A DNA stretch of 62,568 nucleotides, taken from the sequence record DRR723986_3102; one strand, given 5' to 3'. The translations under genes were made by a program, and so were the position numbers. Of this stretch, positions 52,774 to 61,713 are shown in pieces (within the stretch, counting starts at the first letter, position 1; each line of letters opens with the position of its first letter). The notes under the pieces were generated by a model that saw nothing but the letters and a program-made list of their open reading frames with translations, did no database searches and was not told the DNA's origin.

Positions 52774-53571
52774 ATGAAAAATCGCATGTCATCCGAGTTC
52801 ATCTACCAGCTGTTTGCCCTGCTGATCGCCGTGATCGTGGTGCATGCGGTCTACGTCGGTGCCGTGCGGCCAAGCGCAGACGCCCAGCTCAAGCAGCAGG
52901 CGGAACTACAGGCTTCCGGGGCGGACTATGTCCCCGAGCGCAGCCTGGCGGTGGTCATTCGCGATTTCGAACAGGAGGCCTGTTTCATTCTCCTGATCTG
53001 GGCGCTTGCCATCATGGGCTACAAGGCCCGGCGCACCATCGCCGAGCAGGGGCTGGTCGAACGTGCCCTGGTTGATATCCCTGAGGGCACCAGTGTGCTG
53101 CCTGAAGACGCGCGGGAGTACAGCCGCGCCCTGGAGGCGCTGCCGCCACAGGAGCAGGACTACCTGCTGCCGCGCACCCTGCTCTCGGCCCTGCAGCGAT
53201 TCGCCACCACCGGCAGCATCCAGGCCGTATCCGACACCATCAAGGAACAATGCGATGTCGAGGCCGACCGGCTCGACTCCGAGCTGTCCATGGTGCGCTA
53301 TATCGCCTGGGCAATACCGTCCATCGGGTTCATCGGCACCGTGCGCGGTATCGGTGACGCCCTTGGCCAGGCCTACAAGGCGGTCGAAGGGGATATCTCC
53401 GGCGTGACCGTGAGCCTCGGAGTCGCGTTCAACAGTACCTTCGTCGCCCTGGTACTCAGCATCATCATCATGTTCTGCCTGCACCAGCTGCAATTGTCCC
53501 AGGAACGCCTGGTACTGGATTGCCAGCGCTACGCCGACAAGCGCCTGCTGCGCCACCTGGTGGCCCATTGA
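52774..53571 (+). CDS. MotA/TolQ/ExbB proton-channel family protein
   Basis: IPSIGFIGTVRGI and LGVAFNSTFVAL TM signatures. Confidence 0.9.
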   Translation: MKNRMSSEFIYQLFALLIAVIVVHAVYVGAVRPSADAQLKQQAELQASGADYVPERSLAVVIRDFEQEACFILLIWALAIMGYKARRTIAEQGLVERALVDIPEGTSVLPEDAREYSRALEALPPQEQDYLLPRTLLSALQRFATTGSIQAVSDTIKEQCDVEADRLDSELSMVRYIAWAIPSIGFIGTVRGIGDALGQAYKAVEGDISGVTVSLGVAFNSTFVALVLSIIIMFCLHQLQLSQERLVLDCQRYADKRLLRHLVAH

Positions 53572-53573
53572 CC

Positions 53574-54842
53574 ATGACCCCCGCACTGCTGGACATCAAC
53601 GACAGCAACCTGCAACTGTGGCATGGCGACAGCCTTGTGCAGAGTCCGGGCTACGCCCTGCTCGACGGCAGCGGCTACCTGTTCGGCAGCCCGGCGCGGG
53701 GCGCCGCGCGCCGCCAGCCGCGCAATATCAATACGCGTTTCTGGTGGCAGCTGAATATGGAGCCACTGCAACCAGCGCTGGGGCCGGCCCGGCACACCGC
53801 CGACCTGGTTCACGCGCACCTGCAGGCCCTGCACGGCGAGGCGGGAGCGCCCACTGAACTGATTCTCGCGGTCTCCGGCAGTCTTGGACGGGAGCAGTTG
53901 TCCCTGCTGCTGGGCATCATCCAGGTCTGCCCCTTTGATGCCATTGGGCTGGTGAATCGCAGCGTCGCGCTGGCCAGTCCCTACGCGGGCAACGGACGGC
54001 TGTTTCACCTGGAGATCCAGCTGCACCAGGCGGTGCTCACCGAGCTCGCCAACGACGGCGATACCGTCACCGTCGAACGCACCGTACCTCTACCCGGCTG
54101 CGGGCTGCTGCAACTGCAGGAACGGCTGGTGGAAATCATTGCTGCCGCCTTTGTCCGCCAGACCCGCTTCGATCCCCGGCGCAAGGCGGATACCGAGCAG
54201 ACCCTGTACGACATCCTGCCGGCGGCCCTGCGCGACCTGCAGCAGCGCGGGGAAATCAACATCGAGGTCAATGGCTACCGGGCGCGGATCAATCGCAAGG
54301 ATCTGCTGGACGCGGGCCAGCGCCTGTTCACCAGCGCACCGGAAGCCATGGGCGTCTGGCGTCCGGATGACCGGGTGCTGCTCGATCCCGTCGCGGCCCT
54401 GCTGCCCGGTCTGGCGGAGGAATTCGAGGCGGTCGAGGTACTGGCCGCTGATGCCCTGCCGCTCGCGGTCGAACGCAACCTGGACCACCTGTTGCAGCGC
54501 GGTGAAAGCCTGAATTTCGTGTCCACCCTGCCCTGCAGCGGCGAGCCGATCGCGCCGCGAACCGAGGGCCTGCAGTCGTCGCCACCGGTAGCGCCAGAAC
54601 CCGCAATCGCAGCTGCAACCCACCTGCTGGTGGCCGATGCCGCGCACCCCCTGCCCGGCTCGCCACTGCTGCCGGAGGGCTGGACCTTGCAGGCAGAAAA
54701 CGGCGGCTGGCGGGTGACAGGCCCCGAGCCGGACCTGCTGCGGGTAAACGGGGACGTCTACCGGGGCCAGGCCCTGGGCGCCGGCGACCGGATACAGATC
54801 GGTGACGGGCGGGAGGCCCGGCTGATCAAGGTTCTGGAGTAG
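53574..54842 (+). CDS. degenerate Hsp70/actin-fold domain fused to C-terminal FHA-like domain
   Basis: collinear similarity to the DnaK nucleotide-binding domain (see findings); C-term LRVNG...LGAGDRIQIG. Confidence 0.6.
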   Translation: MTPALLDINDSNLQLWHGDSLVQSPGYALLDGSGYLFGSPARGAARRQPRNINTRFWWQLNMEPLQPALGPARHTADLVHAHLQALHGEAGAPTELILAVSGSLGREQLSLLLGIIQVCPFDAIGLVNRSVALASPYAGNGRLFHLEIQLHQAVLTELANDGDTVTVERTVPLPGCGLLQLQERLVEIIAAAFVRQTRFDPRRKADTEQTLYDILPAALRDLQQRGEINIEVNGYRARINRKDLLDAGQRLFTSAPEAMGVWRPDDRVLLDPVAALLPGLAEEFEAVEVLAADALPLAVERNLDHLLQRGESLNFVSTLPCSGEPIAPRTEGLQSSPPVAPEPAIAAATHLLVADAAHPLPGSPLLPEGWTLQAENGGWRVTGPEPDLLRVNGDVYRGQALGAGDRIQIGDGREARLIKVLE

Positions 54843-54850
54843 GTCGCGCT

Positions 54851-55942
54851 ATGGTCAGGCGGAAGCGCGGATTCACCACCTTCAACCTGAGCTTTCTGGA
54901 TATTATGTCCTGTGGCTTCGGCGCGGTGGTGCTGGTCTTCCTGATCATCGACCACTCCATCGAAGTGGAATCCAAGGAACTCAACCGGGACCTGCTGTCC
55001 GAGGTGAGGCTGCTGGAAGAGGATGTCACCGACGGTGAGGAGGGCCTGGTGCGCCTGCGCAACACCCTGTCGGACGTCGACCTGCAGCTGGTCGAGGCCC
55101 AGGGTCGCGCCACCCGGATCATCGAGGAGATGTCCGAATACGAGGCCCTGATCGAAGACCTGCGCCGGGACGGGTTCACCGACAGTTCAGACATCGAGGA
55201 ACTGAAGGCGGAAATCCTGTCGCTGGAGGAAGAGGTCAAGAAACTGCGCCAGGCCTCCGAGGACGACAGCGGCAACAGCGCCCGGACCTTCGTCGGCGAA
55301 GGCAACCGGCAGTACCTTACAGGCCTCAACCTCGGCGGGCGCAACATTGCAATCCTGGTGGACGTGTCCTCGAGCATGCTGGCGGACCGGCTGGTCAATG
55401 TGATCCGCCTGCGCAACATGGGGCAGGATCTCCAGCGCCGCGCGGAGAAGTGGACCCGGGCGCTGAACACGGTGGACTGGCTCACCGCGCAATTGCCAGT
55501 CGGCAGCAACTACCAGGTGATTACCTTCAATACCGCCGCCACCCCGGCCCTGGCCGGCACCGAGGACAAGTGGCTCGAAGTGGCGGACCAGGCACAGCTG
55601 GAGAAGGTCACCGCCGCGCTGCGCGACATCACCCCCACCGGCGGTACCAGCCTGGAGAACGCCTTCCTCGCCCTGCAACGGCTGTCCCCTGCCCCGGACA
55701 ATATTTTCCTCATCACCGACGGCCTGCCCACCCAGGGCACCAAGCCCCCCCGTGGCACCACCATCAGCGGCCGCGACCGGCAGCGCCTGTACCGGGACGC
55801 AGTGAAGCAATTGCCCAAGAACGTGCCGATTAATATTATCCTCGCACCCATGGAGGGCGACCCGATGGCGGCCTCCGAATTCTGGCAGCTGGCCCAGGTC
55901 AGCCGCGGCTCGTTCATGAGCCCGTCCAGGGACTGGCCCTAG
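54851..55942 (+). CDS. ExbD-like TM + coiled coil + vWA domain protein (paralogue 1)
   Basis: NLSFLDIMSCGFGAVVLVFLII; MIDAS DVSSS...GGT...ITDG. Confidence 0.85.
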   Translation: MVRRKRGFTTFNLSFLDIMSCGFGAVVLVFLIIDHSIEVESKELNRDLLSEVRLLEEDVTDGEEGLVRLRNTLSDVDLQLVEAQGRATRIIEEMSEYEALIEDLRRDGFTDSSDIEELKAEILSLEEEVKKLRQASEDDSGNSARTFVGEGNRQYLTGLNLGGRNIAILVDVSSSMLADRLVNVIRLRNMGQDLQRRAEKWTRALNTVDWLTAQLPVGSNYQVITFNTAATPALAGTEDKWLEVADQAQLEKVTAALRDITPTGGTSLENAFLALQRLSPAPDNIFLITDGLPTQGTKPPRGTTISGRDRQRLYRDAVKQLPKNVPINIILAPMEGDPMAASEFWQLAQVSRGSFMSPSRDWP

Positions 55943-55954
55943 GAGCCCGCCGCC

Positions 55955-56956
55955 ATGCCGAGCAAGCGCCGCGCACCCGAAGAGTTCTCCCTGTCCTTCC
56001 TGGACGTGATCTGCTGTGGCTTTGGCGCGGTTATCCTGCTGTTGATGATCACCAAGACCGTGCAACCGCAGATCATCGAGGCTTCAACGGTCAACCTCGA
56101 GGGCCTGGTGGCCGAACTCCAGGAGCAGGTGTTTGAACTGCGCGGCGAGACCCGGATTCTCAACCGCGACCTGAACGCCAAGCAGGAGCAGTTGTCGGAG
56201 TATGAGGAGCGCATCGCCATCCTGCGCGGCCAGCTGGCCAGCTCGAAGTCCCGCTATGACAGCATCCAGGTACAGCGCAACAGCAATGACGTGATCACCG
56301 ACCAGCTGGCTATTGCACGCCAGTCGCTGACCGAGGAGATGAAGCGATTGCTGGGCAGCCAGTACCAGTCGAAGAACAACCTGATCGGCGGCATACCGGT
56401 CGACAGCGAGTACATTATTTTCATCATCGACACCTCGGGGTCGATGTTCTCCTACAGCTGGGACCGGATGATGGCGGAACTGGAGGCCACCCTGAGTATC
56501 TACCCCGAGGTCAAGGGCATCCAGATCATGAACGATATGGGTAACTATATGTTCAGCCGCTACCGGGGCCAGTGGATACCGGATACACCAGGACGCCGGC
56601 AGGTGATCATGCAGAACCTGCGCAACTGGAACGTGTTCTCCAACTCCAGCCCCGTGGAGGGCATCACCCAGGCAATTCGCACCTTCTACGACCCGAAAAA
56701 GAAGATCAGTATCTACGTCTTCGGCGACGAATTTACCGGTGAGTCCATCGCCCAGGTCGTCGACACCGTCGACCGGCTGAATCGCGAGGCCGCAGACGGG
56801 GCCCGCCGGGTGCGCATCCATGCGGTGGGCTTCCCCGTACAATTTATCAGGGCACCGCACCTGCAAACCACGGGCATTCGCTTTGCTACACTTATGAGAG
56901 AACTGACCTATCGCAACGGAGGCACGTTTGTCGGGCTTAACGATTTTCGCCCCTGA
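55955..56956 (+). CDS. ExbD-like TM + coiled coil + vWA domain protein (paralogue 2)
   Basis: SLSFLDVICCGFGAVILLLMI; MIDAS DTSGS...VFGDEF. Confidence 0.85.
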   Translation: MPSKRRAPEEFSLSFLDVICCGFGAVILLLMITKTVQPQIIEASTVNLEGLVAELQEQVFELRGETRILNRDLNAKQEQLSEYEERIAILRGQLASSKSRYDSIQVQRNSNDVITDQLAIARQSLTEEMKRLLGSQYQSKNNLIGGIPVDSEYIIFIIDTSGSMFSYSWDRMMAELEATLSIYPEVKGIQIMNDMGNYMFSRYRGQWIPDTPGRRQVIMQNLRNWNVFSNSSPVEGITQAIRTFYDPKKKISIYVFGDEFTGESIAQVVDTVDRLNREAADGARRVRIHAVGFPVQFIRAPHLQTTGIRFATLMRELTYRNGGTFVGLNDFRP

Positions 56957-57743
56957 GGTCCGTACCGGCCGTCGCCTGCTGCAGCGGGTCGGCCTGCTGC
57001 TCGCGCTCGCCTGCCTGGCGGCCTGCGGCACCCAGAAAGTCGTGGTCAAAGGCAACTTCCCCCAGCCGCTGATGAGCAAACTGCCCCTGACCATAGGGGT
57101 CTGGTACGACGAAGGTTTCAGCAAGCACGAATTTTTCGACGAAGCCAAGGGTCGCGCCGAGGCATCCTGGGTGGTGCAGACCGGCGCCGCCCAGGTCCAG
57201 ATGTGGGATATTCTGTTGGACGGGATGTTCAAGGAGCTGATTCACATGCGCGCTCGCCCGGCCCCGGGTGTGCTGAACCCGGTGGTCGATGCGGTATTGA
57301 TTCCCAGCGTGGAGGAGTTGCAGTACGCCATCCCGCAGCACACCAATGTGAAGGTGTATGAGATATGGATGCGTTACCGCTTTGACCTGGTCAGGACCAG
57401 TGGCGACCCCATCGCCTCCTGGACCATGTCATCCTACGGCAAGACCCCGACCGCCTTCCTGCGCTCGGACACCGAGGCCGTCAACCTCGCGGCGGTGGTG
57501 GCACTGCGTGACGCAGGCGCTAACTTCGCGGTAAATTTTACCCGCATCCCCGAGGTGCGAGACTGGATGGAAGGGCGCCAGCGCCCGGGTCAGCGGCAAC
57601 CGCCAGCAGCGGTCGCGCAGCCGGCCAATCCAATTGAAGCAACGGCTCCTGAGCAGGCGACGGGAGCCAGGGCACCAGGCGGCGCCAAACCAGCGCCGGC
57701 CGAGCGTTCGGTGGCAAGGCCGCCGGGAGATCGACGGACATGA
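56928..57743 (+). CDS. lipoprotein, hypothetical
   Basis: lipobox CLAAC; alpha/beta core; Pro/Ala-rich tail; start uncertain. Confidence 0.7.
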   Translation: MSGLTIFAPEVRTGRRLLQRVGLLLALACLAACGTQKVVVKGNFPQPLMSKLPLTIGVWYDEGFSKHEFFDEAKGRAEASWVVQTGAAQVQMWDILLDGMFKELIHMRARPAPGVLNPVVDAVLIPSVEELQYAIPQHTNVKVYEIWMRYRFDLVRTSGDPIASWTMSSYGKTPTAFLRSDTEAVNLAAVVALRDAGANFAVNFTRIPEVRDWMEGRQRPGQRQPPAAVAQPANPIEATAPEQATGARAPGGAKPAPAERSVARPPGDRRT

Positions 57744-58402
57744 AACTCTGGACCTTTGCCGCCGCGGCAGGCGTTGCCGCACTGTTGACCGGCTGCGTTA
57801 CCGCCACGGTCGACGAAATGGTGTTCAACGAACCCACCGAGGGCATTGGCGACTCGACGGTAGTCATCCTCGGCCGGCGTCACGCCAGCGATTACGAAAC
57901 CGAGCCGGACTTCATCAAGTGCGTGGGCAACCACATCGCCTCGCGCGATCGCTCCATCGAGGTGATCGGTGAGCTGGACTTCCTGAATGCCCTCTACCCC
58001 TGGTTTGAACCGCGCACCGCACCGCTGCGCCCGCAGGACATCGACAAACTGATGGCCCAGCCACCCGTGGCAGCCAAGATGGCCTCGCTGAGAACCGAAT
58101 ACCTGATCTGGATCGACGGCAGCACGGTGCGCACCAACTCGGCGGGCTCAATGACCTGTGGCATCGGCCCCGGCGGCGCAGGCTGCTTCGGTTTCGGCAC
58201 CTGGGGCAACGACTCGGATTACGAGGCGACGATCTGGGACTTCACCGACGCGGCAGAAGTTGGTCGGGTGAACACCAGTGCCAGCGGCCAGTCCTATATG
58301 CCCGCCCTGGTGGTGCCGATCCCGATCATTGCGCCGGTTCAGGGCACGGCCTGTGATGGCATCGGCGACCAGCTCCTCGAATTCCTGTCCAGCGAATACT
58401 GA
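57740..58402 (+). CDS. lipoprotein, hypothetical (Cys-containing)
   Basis: ATGA overlap; lipobox LLTGC; CGIGPGGAGCFG hairpin. Confidence 0.8.
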   Translation: MKLWTFAAAAGVAALLTGCVTATVDEMVFNEPTEGIGDSTVVILGRRHASDYETEPDFIKCVGNHIASRDRSIEVIGELDFLNALYPWFEPRTAPLRPQDIDKLMAQPPVAAKMASLRTEYLIWIDGSTVRTNSAGSMTCGIGPGGAGCFGFGTWGNDSDYEATIWDFTDAAEVGRVNTSASGQSYMPALVVPIPIIAPVQGTACDGIGDQLLEFLSSEY

Positions 58403-58408
58403 TCTGCC

Positions 58409-59851
58409 GTGAAGATGACGCTGAGATCACTGGCAAGCCTGCTACTCCCACTGGGCACCGCGCTGCTGCTTGCCGGCTGCTCCGGCAACCCGGCGACCGG
58501 CACGCCGACCGTGGTGCTGAGTTCTCAGGGCAAGGAAGTTGCCATCGGCGAGGAGATGCATGAAAAGATGATCGCCGAGGGCGCCGCCTACGACGATCCC
58601 GAATTACAGGCCTACGTCGATCGGGTAGGCCAGGCCTTGGTTGCCAACAGTGACCAGCCAGACCTTAAGTTCACCTTCACGGTAATCGACGCGCCGGACA
58701 TCAATGCCTTCGCAACTCCCGGCGGCTTTATCTATGTCAATCGCGGCCTGCTGGCCTACCTCGACAACGAGGCCGAGCTGGCAGGCGTGCTGTCTCACGA
58801 GATCGGCCACGTGACCGCCCGGCACCACGCCCGGCGCCAGACCGCCGATGTCACCAACAAGGTTCTTGCCACCACCGTGGGCATTCTCACTGGCAGCCGG
58901 GACGTGATGGATGCCTCCACCATGTACGGCGCCGAACTGCTCAGCGGCTATGGCCGGGACATGGAACTGGAAGCGGACGGCCTGGGCGCCGAGTACATGC
59001 ACAAAACCGGATACGACACCGATGCCCTGCTGGAGGTGATCGGCGTGCTCAAGGACCAGGAGCAATTCCAGCGGGTCAAGGCAAAGGCCAGCGGCAAGCC
59101 GGTCAAAAGCTACCACGGCCTGTACGCCACCCACCCGCGCAATGACAAGCGGCTACAGACAGTCATCCAGGCGGCGGGCGACCTGGACCGGGACGAGTAC
59201 ATCGAAAGCCCGGAGCAACCCGGTGAGTTCCGGCGCCAAATCAACGGCCTGGTCTGGGGGCAAAGCATCCAAGGCCAGTCTGACCCTGATCGCTATTATC
59301 ACAACAAACTGGGATTCACCTTCAAACACCCCCCCGGCTGGACGGTCAACGCCGGCGCGAGCGCCATCACCACGGCGGCCAGCGACAACAACGCGTCACT
59401 GACTATCACCTTGCGTCGCCGGGATGCAAAGGTCACCCCACAGTCGGTGCTGGAGAGCGGCGCCAACGGTACCCTGAGCATTGGCAAGGAACTGGAACAG
59501 GCCGGGCTCAATGGCTATACCGCAGTGGCGAGTGACGGCAGTACGGCGCGTCGCCTGGCAGTCATCGACCACAATTACAGCTACCTGTTCGAAGGCCAGG
59601 CCCAGGACTTTGCCAGCGCCGATGCCACGCTGCTGGCCATCATTGAGAGTTTCCGGCCAATGCACCCGAAGGAGCGCCAGAGCGGCACCCCCACCTACAT
59701 CAGCTACATCCAGGTTCCGCGCGGAGCGACCCTGGCCAGCCTCGCATCCAGCCTGCGGATTCCCGATGCAGAAGCCCAGCTGCGCCTGATCAACGGCTTC
59801 TACCCCCGCGGTGAACCCCGCACCGGCGACTGGATCAAAGTCATCAAATAG
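58409..59851 (+). CDS. M48-family Zn metalloprotease lipoprotein with C-terminal LysM-like domain
   Basis: lipobox LLAGC; NAFATPGG, HEIGH, ELEAD, THP; C-term VPRGATLASLA...LRLING. Confidence 0.9.
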   Translation: MKMTLRSLASLLLPLGTALLLAGCSGNPATGTPTVVLSSQGKEVAIGEEMHEKMIAEGAAYDDPELQAYVDRVGQALVANSDQPDLKFTFTVIDAPDINAFATPGGFIYVNRGLLAYLDNEAELAGVLSHEIGHVTARHHARRQTADVTNKVLATTVGILTGSRDVMDASTMYGAELLSGYGRDMELEADGLGAEYMHKTGYDTDALLEVIGVLKDQEQFQRVKAKASGKPVKSYHGLYATHPRNDKRLQTVIQAAGDLDRDEYIESPEQPGEFRRQINGLVWGQSIQGQSDPDRYYHNKLGFTFKHPPGWTVNAGASAITTAASDNNASLTITLRRRDAKVTPQSVLESGANGTLSIGKELEQAGLNGYTAVASDGSTARRLAVIDHNYSYLFEGQAQDFASADATLLAIIESFRPMHPKERQSGTPTYISYIQVPRGATLASLASSLRIPDAEAQLRLINGFYPRGEPRTGDWIKVIK

Positions 59852-59941
59852 CAACTGCCAGCTGCCCTTCGAACACTGCCGGGCAGGGCAGAATCCACTG
59901 AGCTGGCGTACACTTGGCCCCAGTCATCATCTGGAGCCGTC

Positions 59942-61660
59942 ATGCCTCGATTCATCCTGCTGTTACCCGCCGCCCTGCTGCTGTCACTGGCGAACCTGGC
60001 CCACGCCCTCACCGTCTACACGGCGGAGAAAATCATCACCATGGAGCCCGCCCTGCCGATTGCCACTGCCGTGGCCGTCGAGGGGGACCGCATTGTGGCT
60101 GTGGGCAGCCTGGAGTCGCTGGCGGGTCTGATCGAGCGCCGTGAGGCGACCATAGATCGGAGACTCGAGGGACGGGTACTGATGCCCGGTTTTATCGATC
60201 CACATGTGCATCCCATGCTGCCTGCGGTCATCACCCAGTTCCCTTTCCTCGCCCCCGAAAGCTGGAGCCTGCCGACCGGTGAATTTGCCGGCGCGACCAC
60301 ACCTGCTGCCTACGAGGCCCAGCTGAAAGCACTGGCCGCCGGGCACGACAAGCCCGACGTCCCCTTCATCGCCTGGGGCTACCACCCCCTGTGGCATGGC
60401 GAGGTCTACCGCGAACAGTTAAATCGCTGGTTTCCAACAACCCCAGTGATGATCTGGCATCGCTCCTTCCATGAACTGATCGGTAATGACGCGGCCTTCG
60501 ACCTGCTCGGTATCTCCGAGGCCGATCTGGCCGGCGCGCACGATGTTGACTGGGCGCGGGGGCATTTCTGGGAGAACGGTCTCAAGGCGCTGCTGCCACA
60601 GCTCGCCTTCCTGCTGACCCCCGAACGCCTGGGGGGCGGCTTTGTAACATTCCTGGAAATGCTGCACCTGGGCGGAGTCACCACAGCACTCGATATGGGC
60701 ACCGGGGTTTTTGGCAAGCCGGAGCAGGAGATCGCCCTGCTGCGCCAGGTTGCCGAACAGCGGGCCGCGCCGGTCCGGATGATCCTGACGCCGATCATCT
60801 CTGACTTCCTGGCACGCGGTAAGACGCCGGAAGAGGCGATGCGCGAAATCGACCGTTGGCGTAAGGGAAACAGCGAGCGGGTGAAGATCGATCGACATTT
60901 CAAACTGATGATTGATGGCGCAATTTTCAGCGGCCTTGCCCAGATGGGCCCGCCGGGCTACCTGGACGGGCACAAGGGCCAGTGGCTGACGCCGCCGGCG
61001 GTGACAACCGAGTGGGCCCGCGCCTTCTGGAAGGCGGGTTACAAACTGCACGCCCACACCAACGGCGATAAAAGCGCCGCCGCCTTCATCGACCTGCTGC
61101 GCACCCTGCAGACCGAGATGCCGCGACCGGATCACCGCTTCACCCTGGAGCACTTCGCCTACACCACCGAAGACCAGAACCGCCAGCTCAAGGCACTGGG
61201 CGCAGTGGTCTCGGCCAACCCCTATTACCAGTACATCCTGTCGGATGTGTACAGCGATCAGTGGCTGGGGCCCGATCGTGGCAGCCAGATGGTCCGCCTC
61301 GGCTCACTGGAGCGACTTGGGGTCCCATTCGCCTTTCACTCGGACTGCCCGATGGCGCCGCTGTCACCGCTGACCCTGGCCTGGAGCGCAAGCAACCGGG
61401 TCACTATTAACGGCAATCTGAACGGCCCGGAAGAACGCGTATCGCTGGAGGCGGCCCTGCGAGCGATCACTATCGACGCCGCGTGGATCATGGGCTGGGA
61501 AGACGAGATCGGCTCCATTCGCGCCGGGAAAAAAGCGGACTTCACGGTACTGGAGAGCGATCCCTACCAGACGGGCGCCAGTGGTTTGCGGGATATCAAA
61601 ATCTGGGGGACGGTATTCGAGGGCCAGCCCTATCCGATCAGCCGGGCAGGGCCGCGGTAG
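59942..61660 (+). CDS. secreted amidohydrolase (Amidohydro_3/YtcJ-like)
   Basis: PGFIDPHVH, HAHTNGD, LEH, HSD, GSIRAGKKADF. Confidence 0.9.
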   Translation: MPRFILLLPAALLLSLANLAHALTVYTAEKIITMEPALPIATAVAVEGDRIVAVGSLESLAGLIERREATIDRRLEGRVLMPGFIDPHVHPMLPAVITQFPFLAPESWSLPTGEFAGATTPAAYEAQLKALAAGHDKPDVPFIAWGYHPLWHGEVYREQLNRWFPTTPVMIWHRSFHELIGNDAAFDLLGISEADLAGAHDVDWARGHFWENGLKALLPQLAFLLTPERLGGGFVTFLEMLHLGGVTTALDMGTGVFGKPEQEIALLRQVAEQRAAPVRMILTPIISDFLARGKTPEEAMREIDRWRKGNSERVKIDRHFKLMIDGAIFSGLAQMGPPGYLDGHKGQWLTPPAVTTEWARAFWKAGYKLHAHTNGDKSAAAFIDLLRTLQTEMPRPDHRFTLEHFAYTTEDQNRQLKALGAVVSANPYYQYILSDVYSDQWLGPDRGSQMVRLGSLERLGVPFAFHSDCPMAPLSPLTLAWSASNRVTINGNLNGPEERVSLEAALRAITIDAAWIMGWEDEIGSIRAGKKADFTVLESDPYQTGASGLRDIKIWGTVFEGQPYPISRAGPR

Positions 61661-61713
61661 CGACCACTGGGAGGATAGTCCAGCCCCAGGCCCGACCCGG
61701 GGGCTCCGTTCAG

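Noticed and set aside
53574-54842. dnaK/hscA pseudogene
   Set aside because: ORF is intact, tightly coupled within the operon and has a different C-terminal domain; it looks like a diverged functional protein rather than a decayed gene
52774-56956. Canonical exbBD-tonB, tolQRA or flagellar motAB
   Set aside because: Partner subunits carry vWA domains, not ExbD or OmpA domains; no tolB/pal, TonB-dependent receptor or flagellar genes nearby
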